The notes under the pieces: model-generated
Told to the model about the DNA's origin: nothing
The model's input: only the letters and a program-made list of their open reading frames with translations
The model's database searches: none
Part shown: positions 23,097 through 31,339 of the stretch, one piece after another
Numbering within the stretch: the first letter of the stretch is position 1
How the letters are laid out: the number at the start of each line of letters is the position of its first letter
NCBI GenBank assembly: GCA_036676455.1
Contig: JAKFCW010000047.1
Span: 69,203 to 101,202 of the forward strand
Source of the DNA: Candidatus Sericytochromatia bacterium
GTDB lineage: Bacteria > Cyanobacteriota > Sericytochromatia > S15B-MN24 > UBA4093
Length of the DNA: 32,000 bases
Reading direction: 5' to 3'
Position numbers and translations under genes: made by a program

Positions 23097-24389
23097 TTAG
23101 AACTTGAAGGTGTTGGAGAGCGTGTAAGAGGCGCCCCGGGCGTTGCCGCCCACGCCATTGAGGGCCGCCATGGCAAAGTCCAGGCGGAAGAGGGGCATGT
23201 CCAGCCCCAGGCCGGTGGCGAACGTCAGGCCACGATCTCCCCCCAGGGCGATACCCCCGCGGACCGGGAGCCAGTCGAGCAGGCGCAGCTCGGAGCCGAC
23301 CCGCAGTTCCGGCGTGCGCGAAACGCCGAAGCCATCGCCGTAGCCGAGTTGCAGCTCGCCGCTCAGCGTGAACGGATCCCAGGGCTTGAAGGCCGCTGCG
23401 AGGCGCAGGTAGGGCGGTAGGACGATCTCCGAGGGGCCTTCCTGAGTCCGGGATTCCTTGAGGGCATCGCGGGTGACGGCCCCGAAGTCGGTCACGGAGC
23501 CCGAGGCGTCCACGACCGAGAAAGGCTCCACCTTGAGGGTGTAGGTGGTGACGTCGCGCCGGCTCCAGCTCATGACCCCGACGTTGCCAAGGATGGCGCC
23601 CCAGCGCAGGCGATCGCCCACCCTCCCGGCAGCTCCGAAGTCGGCCGCGATGCCGTTCCCACCCGTGGCCCATTCGGTCGATAGCCGCGCGTCGGCCGAG
23701 TACCGGCCGGACTCATCAACGGCCAGCAGCGTCCCGCGGGCCTCGCGGACACGGCCGTAGGCCAGTCCCCGCAGGTAACGCAGGTTCATGCCCAGGCTCG
23801 ATGTCTCACCCATCGGAAAGGCGAACGAGGAGCCGAGAGAGGCGACTGCCGTCGCCGTTGCCCCGCCCAGCGCATCGATCCCGACGTTGGGGACGGAGGC
23901 GTTGCCGTTGAGCGCAAGGGCGATCAGGTCCCGAGGCAGATCGAGCCCCTTGGTGTCCGCCACCGCATCCAGGAAGACGCCCGTTCGCGCGCTCGGCATG
24001 GACAGGGCCATCGAGGTGCCTCCGTCGAACAGGAAGCGCCATCCGGTCGGCGGCAAGGCCTCGAGCACACCGGCGACGTTGGTGGGCTCGATCGCCTGGG
24101 TCGAGATCAAGCCGGCAAGCTCGCCGAAGGACAAGACGTTGTTCCCGAGGGCCAGGTTCAGGTTGGGCAGCAGCGTGAGCGAGAGGCGATCGCGACGCGA
24201 CTCGAGCCCCAGCAGGGCCGGGTTCACGATCATGGCGTCGGCGTCCATGGCGATCGCCGCGTTGGCCCCGGCCATACCCGCACTCCGGGCGTTGCCATAG
24301 GCGTACGCAGGGAGCGCGGGAGCAAGGCTCGTCAGCATGGCGGAGATAGCGGCCAGGGTGCCGCGCGACCGGAAACGGGAAAGGCTCAC
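23097..24389 (-). CDS. outer-membrane beta-barrel protein, FadL/PorV-like
   Basis: 430-aa ORF. The GTG start forms a GTGA overlap with the upstream gene. The signal peptide ends in ALPAYA-YG. The N-terminal motif is NARSAGMAGANAAIAMDADAMIVNPALLG. Gly/aromatic-rich alternating strands run throughout. The C-terminus is ...YTLSNTFKF. Confidence 0.8.
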   Translation of the reverse strand: MSLSRFRSRGTLAAISAMLTSLAPALPAYAYGNARSAGMAGANAAIAMDADAMIVNPALLGLESRRDRLSLTLLPNLNLALGNNVLSFGELAGLISTQAIEPTNVAGVLEALPPTGWRFLFDGGTSMALSMPSARTGVFLDAVADTKGLDLPRDLIALALNGNASVPNVGIDALGGATATAVASLGSSFAFPMGETSSLGMNLRYLRGLAYGRVREARGTLLAVDESGRYSADARLSTEWATGGNGIAADFGAAGRVGDRLRWGAILGNVGVMSWSRRDVTTYTLKVEPFSVVDASGSVTDFGAVTRDALKESRTQEGPSEIVLPPYLRLAAAFKPWDPFTLSGELQLGYGDGFGVSRTPELRVGSELRLLDWLPVRGGIALGGDRGLTFATGLGLDMPLFRLDFAMAALNGVGGNARGASYTLSNTFKF

Positions 24390-26500
24390 TTCGACTCCTG
24401 CCTGGAGGAGACGTTGGCCTTGAACTCGACGGCCAGATTCACCCGGAAGCCGGATCCCCGGAACAAGGTCACGGGAACCGACGAGCCCGGCGAGCGCACC
24501 CGTAGGCCGAGCTTGGAGGCCTTTCGGAAGCGATCCAATGCCTCTCCCTCGAGCGTCAGGTGATTGGTCACACGGTAGCCTGCCGCCTGGTTGCCCAGTG
24601 AAAGCGTCTGAACGAAGGCCTCGGAATCCGTGAACGGATCACTCGAGGTGGAAAAGAGCAGATCGAGATCGAGCGGAATGCTCCAGCCGTTGTCGATGGT
24701 CAGCTTGAGCACGGCACGCTCCACCCGGTTCAGCATGTCTCGATTCTCCGACGTGAAGCTCAACGCCGTCGGCGGACGAACGTCGATGGCCGGCTTCGGC
24801 GCGCTTCCCCCGAAGGGTTCGAGCGTGAACGAGAGCGGAATCTCGACGCCGAGGCGGCCTTCCAGGACGTCGGACGCCGAGAGACGAACGGGCTGTCCCT
24901 TGGAGTCGATCACGACCTTGCCGCCGACGCTCAGGGAGGTGGGCTTGGCGTTGAGAAGGTCGAGCAAGTTGGAGTTCTGGGCGTTGACCTGCAGCTCATT
25001 GACCTGATTGCCCGCGATCGGCAGGCGCAAGGGCTGGCCGCTCTTGTCCCGCAAGGGCACATCCCCCGTTCCGGGAATGCTGGCCCTGACGTCCAGGTCG
25101 AGGGTGCCAGCGAGGGCGCTCGCGTTCTGAAGCTCCAGGCGCAGGACGACGTCCTGGAGGTTGATGCCCTGATTGGAAATCAGGTCAGGAAGCTGGATGG
25201 GCATGGAGGAGGCCGGGAGGGCGATCTCGCGGGTCACAGGAACTTCGATCGCCCGGAATCGGAGCGGGGCCCGGAGGAGGACCCGTCCCGACATGGACGG
25301 CGAGCCGTCCATGGCCAAGAGGGCGCCGGAGGGCCCGGTATCCTTGGTGGTGGCGCGCGCCGTCACCGCGATCTGGCCGTTCTCGGGGCGGATGGTGACG
25401 CCGGTGAGCGGAACCTCGATGGTTCGGGACTCGCCTGCCTTCAGCTCGTAGACGGCGGTCATCGGGGCGGTTTGACCGGGCCGGAAAAAGTGCGAGAAGC
25501 CCAGGTCCAGGGTAGCCGCAACCGGGAAGCCGTTTCGCAGCGTGAGCTCCAGGGTGCCCTCCTCGACCTCGAGGCTGCGGACGGTTTCGGTCGCGTACGC
25601 CGGGTCGTCGAGCCCGAAGTCGAGCGTCTGAGAGGGGATCTGGATGGATTTGGTGGCGATCTCGACGCGAAGGTGGCTGATGGTCTTGGTCACGAGCACG
25701 ACGTTCGAGAGCGTCACATGGGAGACCGGGGCCTGCGCCAGTTGCCCGCCAGGAATGAAGACGTCGATCTTCAGCGAGAGATCGGGCGTGAGGGTCGCCC
25801 CGGCCTGCAGCGGAACGGTCAATCTGCGGGACTGCCCCGGGTCGAGGGGAACCGCGGCCTGGGTACGTCCCACTTCCCGGGTGGCTCCGCCCTGGGTGGC
25901 GTAAAGCTTCACCGTCGGTGAGAAGCGGACCCCCAGCTGATTCTCCACCGTGAACTCCAGATGCCCCGACGGCGTCCCGACCCGAGCCTCGGTGAAGTTG
26001 GACTCTCCGGCGGGAACCGCGAGCTTCTGATCGACCGTGTAGGTCAAGTTGAAGGGAACGGGCACCCCGGGGGAAAGTCCCCCTCCCACGATCGTGTCCG
26101 CGCGCAAGGGGAGATCGGGGAACTGGATGTCCGGCAGTGAGGCGTCGACGCCGGGAAGTGACTGCTGGGGCAAATCGATCGCCAAGGGGTCGTTCAGCGT
26201 GAGGTTCTCGGCGAACCGGATGGGCTCGAGTTCCTGTGAAGCCGGCATGAGGTGAAGCCGCTCGTCGTTGCCGGGCTGGACCGCGAGGTCTCCGAAGAGG
26301 GATCGCGCCACCCCGGGGTCATCCAGGGAGAGGGAGAGCGAGCCCAGGGGCAAGGCGATATCCACGGGCCATGCGTACTGGATCCCCTCGGAATTGGAAG
26401 CCGTCGACAGCTTCTGCAAGGGGCTCAGAAGTTCAAGCCCACAGCCTGCGAGGAGCATGGTGATCAGTAAGACGCCAAAGCGCGGTATCATGGCCTTCAT
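24386..26500 (-). CDS. large beta-rich lipoprotein of unknown function, coupled to the barrel gene
   Basis: This is the 726-aa ORF in the track. I prefer the start at 26500 (MKAMIPRFGVLLITMLLAGC, lipobox LLAGC). The composition is beta-sandwich-like throughout. No known catalytic motif was recognised. Confidence 0.75.
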   Translation of the reverse strand: MKAMIPRFGVLLITMLLAGCGLELLSPLQKLSTASNSEGIQYAWPVDIALPLGSLSLSLDDPGVARSLFGDLAVQPGNDERLHLMPASQELEPIRFAENLTLNDPLAIDLPQQSLPGVDASLPDIQFPDLPLRADTIVGGGLSPGVPVPFNLTYTVDQKLAVPAGESNFTEARVGTPSGHLEFTVENQLGVRFSPTVKLYATQGGATREVGRTQAAVPLDPGQSRRLTVPLQAGATLTPDLSLKIDVFIPGGQLAQAPVSHVTLSNVVLVTKTISHLRVEIATKSIQIPSQTLDFGLDDPAYATETVRSLEVEEGTLELTLRNGFPVAATLDLGFSHFFRPGQTAPMTAVYELKAGESRTIEVPLTGVTIRPENGQIAVTARATTKDTGPSGALLAMDGSPSMSGRVLLRAPLRFRAIEVPVTREIALPASSMPIQLPDLISNQGINLQDVVLRLELQNASALAGTLDLDVRASIPGTGDVPLRDKSGQPLRLPIAGNQVNELQVNAQNSNLLDLLNAKPTSLSVGGKVVIDSKGQPVRLSASDVLEGRLGVEIPLSFTLEPFGGSAPKPAIDVRPPTALSFTSENRDMLNRVERAVLKLTIDNGWSIPLDLDLLFSTSSDPFTDSEAFVQTLSLGNQAAGYRVTNHLTLEGEALDRFRKASKLGLRVRSPGSSVPVTLFRGSGFRVNLAVEFKANVSSRQESK

Positions 26501-26611
26501 GCGCGGGAAATCTCCGACGTGAACCTGGGGACGGCCTCGGCCGCGTGGGAGCATCATACCAAACAAGCATGTTTTCTAATCTGTGATGAAAGGCAGGAAG
26601 CCGTGGAAGAG

Positions 26612-27043
26612 ATGCGGACTTCGACGACGCAACGCCCCAGCCTGGAGGCGATTTACATGCGCCTGGCGGGGATGCTGTCACTGCGCAGCACCTGCTCGCG
26701 CCTGCAGGTGGGAGCCGTGGTGGCCTCTCCGGACATGCGCGAGATCTTCGCCGTGGGCTACAACGGGGGGCCGGTGGGCGGCTTCAACGATTGCCTGAGC
26801 GAGGAAGCGGGCCGCTGCGGGCATGCCCATGCCGAGGACAACGCCTGCAACTTCGCCCCGGCGCGGGTGCCCAAGATCATGCTGGTGACGCATTTCCCCT
26901 GCCCGGCGTGCTGCGTGCGGATCGTCAACAAGCTCGGCTTCGAGCGCGTGTACTACCAGCAGGTCTACCGGGACATGGCGGGCCTGGAGATCCTCGAGCG
27001 GGCGGGCATCACCGTCGCGCAGCTCGACCCCAGCCTCGACTGA
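26612..27043 (+). CDS. dCMP/cytidine deaminase-family zinc enzyme (ComEB/dCMP-deaminase type)
   Basis: The start at 26612 was chosen so that SLEAIYMRLAGMLSLRSTCSRLQVGAVV is included. The zinc-binding motifs are CGHAHAEDNA (H-A-E) and FPCPACC (PCxxC). Confidence 0.8.
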   Translation: MRTSTTQRPSLEAIYMRLAGMLSLRSTCSRLQVGAVVASPDMREIFAVGYNGGPVGGFNDCLSEEAGRCGHAHAEDNACNFAPARVPKIMLVTHFPCPACCVRIVNKLGFERVYYQQVYRDMAGLEILERAGITVAQLDPSLD

Positions 27044-27072
27044 TCAAGCACTCCCGCATGCCGCCTCCGTCA

Positions 27073-27119
27073 CTCCCGCACAAGCGGGAGTCCAGCTGGA
27101 TTCCCGCCTGCGCGGGAAT
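27073..27119. repeat. REP-like double hairpin element
   Basis: Hairpin 1 is ctcccgc-acaa-gcgggag (27073-27090). Hairpin 2 is attcccgc-ctgc-gcgggaat (27100-27119). It lies just after the deaminase stop. One frame reads ...KRESSWIPACAGMT, which resembles the spurious peptide produced by a widespread intergenic palindromic repeat family. Confidence 0.5.
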
Positions 27120-27238
27120 GACGCTTCCAGGGGCTTCGCGCCCGCCAACACCCGCTTGACGCTTGCCAGGGGAGGTACGATCCCGACTAGGGCTCCCTAG
27201 AGCAGGGAGCGAGCAAGAATCGGGAGGAGGGTCAGCGC

Positions 27239-27919
27239 GTGAAACGAGCAGCCTTGAGCCCCGCCATCAGAATTGCGGCCGGGATCGCGGTGGGCACGGC
27301 CTGCCTGGGTCTGGCGCCGCCGGCCGTCGCTCACGCCGCGAGCGGCGCCTGTCCCGACTGCGAGATGCGCATGATGCGCCCCGGCGGCGGCGGGGGCATG
27401 GACGACGACGACATGCGCATGATGCAGGCCCATCGCGCCAGCGGCGGGCACAAGCACTTCAACCTGGTGGTTCAGCCCTACTGGAACATGAACCAGGACG
27501 CCATCTACACGCTCCTCGGCATGGAGATGCTCAAGCAGGATTCGCTCGGCTGGAAGGGCGGATTTGGCATGTACGGCGGCATGAACTTCGGCGTCACCAG
27601 CCAGACCAACACCTTCCATTACGGTGGCGCCATCATGGGCAAGGACTTCTCGGCCGGCCCGCTCACCCTGGGCATCGGCGCCCTGCTGGGCTTCGGCAAG
27701 ACCGCCAACGTCCTGCCCGCGGTCCTGCCGGCCGGCATCACCAACTACTACATGTTCGGGGTCGGCGCGCCGCGCATCGGCCTCGCATGGACGCTCTACG
27801 ATCGCATGGAAATCGGCCTCGACGCCTCGTACCTGTTCACGACCAACCCCACTATCGGGAACAGCCCCGCCGTCAGCCTGCGGCTCTCCACCATCTCCTG
27901 GGGCAAACACGGGAACTAG
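27239..27919 (+). CDS. secreted Met/Gly-rich protein of unknown function, possibly a small beta-barrel
   Basis: 226-aa ORF with a GTG start and GGGAGGAGG 8 nt upstream. The signal peptide ends in PPAVAHA-AS. The N-terminus carries CPDCEMRMMRPGGGGGMDDDDMRMMQAH. The remainder is Gly/aromatic-rich. I chose this ORF over two overlapping Arg-rich ORFs. Confidence 0.7.
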   Translation: MKRAALSPAIRIAAGIAVGTACLGLAPPAVAHAASGACPDCEMRMMRPGGGGGMDDDDMRMMQAHRASGGHKHFNLVVQPYWNMNQDAIYTLLGMEMLKQDSLGWKGGFGMYGGMNFGVTSQTNTFHYGGAIMGKDFSAGPLTLGIGALLGFGKTANVLPAVLPAGITNYYMFGVGAPRIGLAWTLYDRMEIGLDASYLFTTNPTIGNSPAVSLRLSTISWGKHGN

Positions 27920-27930
27920 CGTGCTCGTGA

Positions 27931-27962
27931 CGAAGCGGGGTCCCGATCGGGACCCCGCTTCG
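27931..27962. terminator. bidirectional stem-loop between convergent genes
   Basis: cgaagcggggtccc (27931-27944) pairs perfectly with gggaccccgcttcg (27949-27962) around the loop gatc. Confidence 0.65.
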
Positions 27963-27979
27963 CGCTTGGAGAGGGGTGG

Positions 27980-28954
27980 TTAGGGAGTCGTCTTGGCGAA
28001 GGTGTCGATCACCCGCAGCACGGCCGGCCCCAGCGTCACGACGAACATCGCCGGGAAGATGAAGAAGACCAGCGGGAAGAGCATCTTGATCGGAGCCTTC
28101 ATCGCGGCTTCCTGCGCCCGCTGCCGGCGGCGGGTCCGCAGGTGCACGCTCTGGGTCCGGAGGACGATGCCGATGCCGACGCCCAGCTGATCCGCCTGGA
28201 TCAGGGCGGCGACCACGCCTTCGAGGTCCGCGACCCCGCAGCGCATGCTCATCTCGCGCAGGGCCTCCGCGCGGGGGCGGCCCATGCGGATGTCGCTGAG
28301 GTAGCGCGCGAACTCCTCGCGCAGCTCGCGCCCCGCGTCGTTATCCTTGCCCGTGATGCGCATCAGCGCCGCGTCGAAGCTGATACCCGCCTCCACGCAC
28401 GAGGTGATCAGGTCAAGCGCATCCGGCAGCGCCCGCACGATGGCGTCCCGGCGCGCCGCGATCATCTTCGTCAGCAAAATGCCCGGCCCCGCGAGGCCCA
28501 AGATGCCGATCAGCGCCGCGGCGATCAAGGCCGCGCCGGGGTTGAACGGTGTCAGCAGCCACCAAACCAGCGGAGCCAGCGCCACGCCCAGGAGGCGCAG
28601 GGCCAGCATCCCTTGCAACGCGATGGGAGCGTAGACTCCCGCCTGGTGCAGCCGGTCCGAGAGCACGGTAATCTGGGAGCGCGGAGTCAACCGCTCGCCC
28701 ATCTTGCCCAGAACGCCGATGGCCGGGGCGATCACCCGCTGGACGAAGGGCTGATCCAGCAGCTGCTGGCGAGGCATGTAGCCGCCGGTGGCTCCCTGAA
28801 CCGCCACCAGGGAGGCAATCCGACGGTTGACGTCCCGCTCGCGCGAGGTGGACAGGCCGAAGCCCACCATCGTGGCCGACGTGACGGCCACGAAGCAGGC
28901 GGCCGCCATCACGACCGGATCTGCCGCCAGAATCATAGGTGCAACAAGCATCAT
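27980..28954 (-). CDS. tadC: Tad/Flp pilus assembly platform protein TadC (T2SS-F family)
   Basis: 324-aa ORF with the canonical T2SS-F domain (LPDALDLITSCVEAGISFDAALMRITGKD...LREEFARYLSDIRMGRPRAEALREM). The C-terminal segment is KAPIKMLFPLVFFIFPAMFVV. Confidence 0.85.
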   Translation of the reverse strand: MMLVAPMILAADPVVMAAACFVAVTSATMVGFGLSTSRERDVNRRIASLVAVQGATGGYMPRQQLLDQPFVQRVIAPAIGVLGKMGERLTPRSQITVLSDRLHQAGVYAPIALQGMLALRLLGVALAPLVWWLLTPFNPGAALIAAALIGILGLAGPGILLTKMIAARRDAIVRALPDALDLITSCVEAGISFDAALMRITGKDNDAGRELREEFARYLSDIRMGRPRAEALREMSMRCGVADLEGVVAALIQADQLGVGIGIVLRTQSVHLRTRRRQRAQEAAMKAPIKMLFPLVFFIFPAMFVVTLGPAVLRVIDTFAKTTP

Positions 28955-28955
28955 G

Positions 28956-29894
28956 CTAGTACCTCACGTCCACGATCTTCATGATCAGCATCACGCCCAG
29001 GATCTCCGAGACGACGCCCCCGGCCACGAGCATCTGGCCGCGCGGGTCCGTGAAGAGGCCCATGATGTAGCTGGGGCTGATCAGGAAGAAGAGGGCGCCG
29101 ATGCCCACCGGCAAGCCGGCCAGGACCCATCCCGACAGCCGGCCCTGCGCGGTGAGGGCCTGGACCTCGCCGGAGATGCGGATCCGGTCGCGGATGGTGT
29201 CATGGATGTTGCCCAGGATCTCGCTCAGGTTGCCGCCGGTCTCGCGCTGGATGACCATGGCCTGGACCATCAGGTCCACGTCGGTGGTGCCGACCCGGTC
29301 GCGCAGGTTGCGCAGTGCCGTCTCAGTGGGCACGCCGAAGTTGATCTCGGCGACGGCGGTGCCGAACTCGGTCGAGATGGGGGCGCTCATCTGGCGGGAT
29401 ACCATCTGGATGGCCTGCAGGAAGGAGTTACCCGCCTTCAAGGCATTGATGACGAGCATGAGCGCGTCAGGAAGCTGCTCGCTGAAGGCCTTGAGGGTCT
29501 TGGTGCGACGCTGCCGGAGCTGGAAGGTCGGGCCTAGCGAGCCCACGGCCGCCACGGCCAGAGCGATCAAGGGGTTCTGGAAGAGGAAGAAGGCCATGGC
29601 GCCGCAAGCGAGGCCCAGGAGGGCACCGGCCAGCATGAACTCGCCAGGCGTCCATGCCCAACCCACCTGGTAGAGCTGGCGATCGAGGCGTTTGGCGATC
29701 GCCAGCCCCTTCACCAGCGGATCCACCATCGCGCCCAGCCGGTTGAAGAGCTTGGGCTTCACCGCCGGCGCGTGCGGCTGCTCCAGCTGGCTGATGCGGC
29801 CGTCGATGGCGGCCTCCTGGGGGTTGCCCATCATGCCCCCCAGGGCGAAGACGACCCCCGTGATGCCGATGGCGAGAATCAGGAACGTGATCAT
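28956..29894 (-). CDS. tadB: Tad/Flp pilus assembly platform protein TadB (T2SS-F family)
   Basis: The start at 29894 (MITFLILAIGITGVVFALGG) forms an ATGA overlap with the cpaF stop. The T2SS-F domain is LPDALMLVINALKAGNSFLQAIQMV...EINFGVPTETALRNLRDR. Confidence 0.85.
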   Translation of the reverse strand: MITFLILAIGITGVVFALGGMMGNPQEAAIDGRISQLEQPHAPAVKPKLFNRLGAMVDPLVKGLAIAKRLDRQLYQVGWAWTPGEFMLAGALLGLACGAMAFFLFQNPLIALAVAAVGSLGPTFQLRQRRTKTLKAFSEQLPDALMLVINALKAGNSFLQAIQMVSRQMSAPISTEFGTAVAEINFGVPTETALRNLRDRVGTTDVDLMVQAMVIQRETGGNLSEILGNIHDTIRDRIRISGEVQALTAQGRLSGWVLAGLPVGIGALFFLISPSYIMGLFTDPRGQMLVAGGVVSEILGVMLIMKIVDVRY

Positions 29895-31339
29895 GCCCAC
29901 CCTCCGATCTGGAAGAGGTCGACCGGCAGCGGAATGCCCTTGAGCTTGAGCTGGTCGGCGCACTTGGGACGGATGCCCGTGGGGCGGTGCTCGCCCACGA
30001 TCCGGCCGTTCTCGTCCACGCCCTGGCGGACGAAGGTGTAGATGTCCTGAAGCTGGAGGATGTCTCCTTCCATGCCGACCACCTCGGTGATCGACGTGAC
30101 CCGGCGGGCGCCATCGGTCGAGCGCTCGATCTGGAGGATCAGGTTGATGGCCGAGGCCGTCTGCTCGCGGATGGCGCGCAGCGGCAGGTCCATGCCGGCC
30201 ATCAGGACCATGGTCTCGAGGCGGGCCAGCGCGTCGCGCGTGGTGTTCGCGTGAATGGTCGCCAGGGATCCCTCGTGGCCGGTGTTCATGGCCTGAAGCA
30301 TCGCCAGGGCCTCGCCGCCGCGGATCTCACCCAGGATGATGCGGTCGGGGCGCATACGCAGCGAGTTCTTGACCAGCTCGGACTGGTCGATGCGGCCGGC
30401 CCCTTCGACGTTGGCAGGCCGGGTCTCCAGGCGGATGACGTGATCCTGCTGCAGCTGCAGCTCGGCGGCGTCCTCGATGGTGATCAGGCGCTCGTGCTCC
30501 GGGATGAACGAGGAGAGCACGTTCAAGAGCGTCGTCTTACCGGATCCGGTTCCTCCCGAGATGAGGACGTTGAGGCGGGCCTCGACGCAGCCCTTGAGGA
30601 ACTGGGCCATGGGATCGGTGAGGGACTTGTACTCGACAAGGCTATCGACCTTGAGGGGATCCTTGCGGAACTTACGGATCGTGAGGGCGGCCCCGTCGAT
30701 GGCCAGGGGGGGGATGATGGCGTTGACGCGCGAGCCGTCCGGCAGACGCGCGTCGCACATCGGGCTCGACTCGTCGATCCGGCGGCCGACCCGGCTCACG
30801 ATCCGGTCGATCACCCGCAGGAGGTGGGCGCCGTCGCTGAAGGTCACGTCCGTCTTCTCGATGCGGCCGCTGCGCTCGATGTAGACCGAGCGAGGTCCGT
30901 TGACCATGACCTCCGAGATCGAGTCGTCGGACAGGAGAGGCTCGATGGGGCCCAGGCCCATCATGTCGTGGAAGAGCTCCTCGGCCATGCGATCGCGCTC
31001 GATCCGGCTCACGAGGCGGTTGTCCTCAGCCAGCACCTGATCGATGCCGTGCCGGATGGCCTCCTTGATGGCGTCCGGTTTGCTGGTCTCGTCGAGGTTC
31101 TGGGAGCGCATGTTCTCGACGAGCAGGCGATGGACCTTGTTCTTGAGCTCGGTATGCGGATCCACCGGGGGGCGCGGGCGAGCGGCAGCGGGCTTCGGCG
31201 CCGCCTTGGCCTCTGCCGGGCGCGTGGAGATCGTCACCGCCTCCGGGTGCTCCGCCATGCTCGGAGCGGCCGGGACCGCGCCGGAGGGAGCTGATTCGGT
31301 CGCCGAGGGCGCACCCTTAAGCCGATTGCGTAGGAACAT
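29891..31339 (-). CDS. cpaF: CpaF/TadA-type secretion ATPase
   Basis: The start at 31339 (MFLRNRLKG) has GGAGG upstream. Walker A is LISGGTGSGKTTLLNVL and Walker B is ERLITIEDAAEL. The His-box region is TGHEGSLATIHAN. Confidence 0.9.
   Translation of the reverse strand: MFLRNRLKGAPSATESAPSGAVPAAPSMAEHPEAVTISTRPAEAKAAPKPAAARPRPPVDPHTELKNKVHRLLVENMRSQNLDETSKPDAIKEAIRHGIDQVLAEDNRLVSRIERDRMAEELFHDMMGLGPIEPLLSDDSISEVMVNGPRSVYIERSGRIEKTDVTFSDGAHLLRVIDRIVSRVGRRIDESSPMCDARLPDGSRVNAIIPPLAIDGAALTIRKFRKDPLKVDSLVEYKSLTDPMAQFLKGCVEARLNVLISGGTGSGKTTLLNVLSSFIPEHERLITIEDAAELQLQQDHVIRLETRPANVEGAGRIDQSELVKNSLRMRPDRIILGEIRGGEALAMLQAMNTGHEGSLATIHANTTRDALARLETMVLMAGMDLPLRAIREQTASAINLILQIERSTDGARRVTSITEVVGMEGDILQLQDIYTFVRQGVDENGRIVGEHRPTGIRPKCADQLKLKGIPLPVDLFQIGGWA

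Noticed and set aside
8524-26500. Calling the region a type IX secretion / Gld gliding locus or a Myxococcus-type Agl-Glt locus
   Set aside because: Only the general logic is similar, namely a motor combined with TPR proteins, barrels and lipoproteins. I could not recognise GldK/L/M/N, SprA, PorU or GltA-K signatures by eye. I keep this as an analogy, not an annotation.
27163-27930. 255-aa plus-strand ORF and the 237-aa minus-strand ORF (27197-27910) overlapping the Met-rich protein gene
   Set aside because: Both are Arg/Gly/His-rich with no signal or RBS. The 27239 frame has GGGAGGAGG at the correct spacing, a signal peptide and a natural composition.
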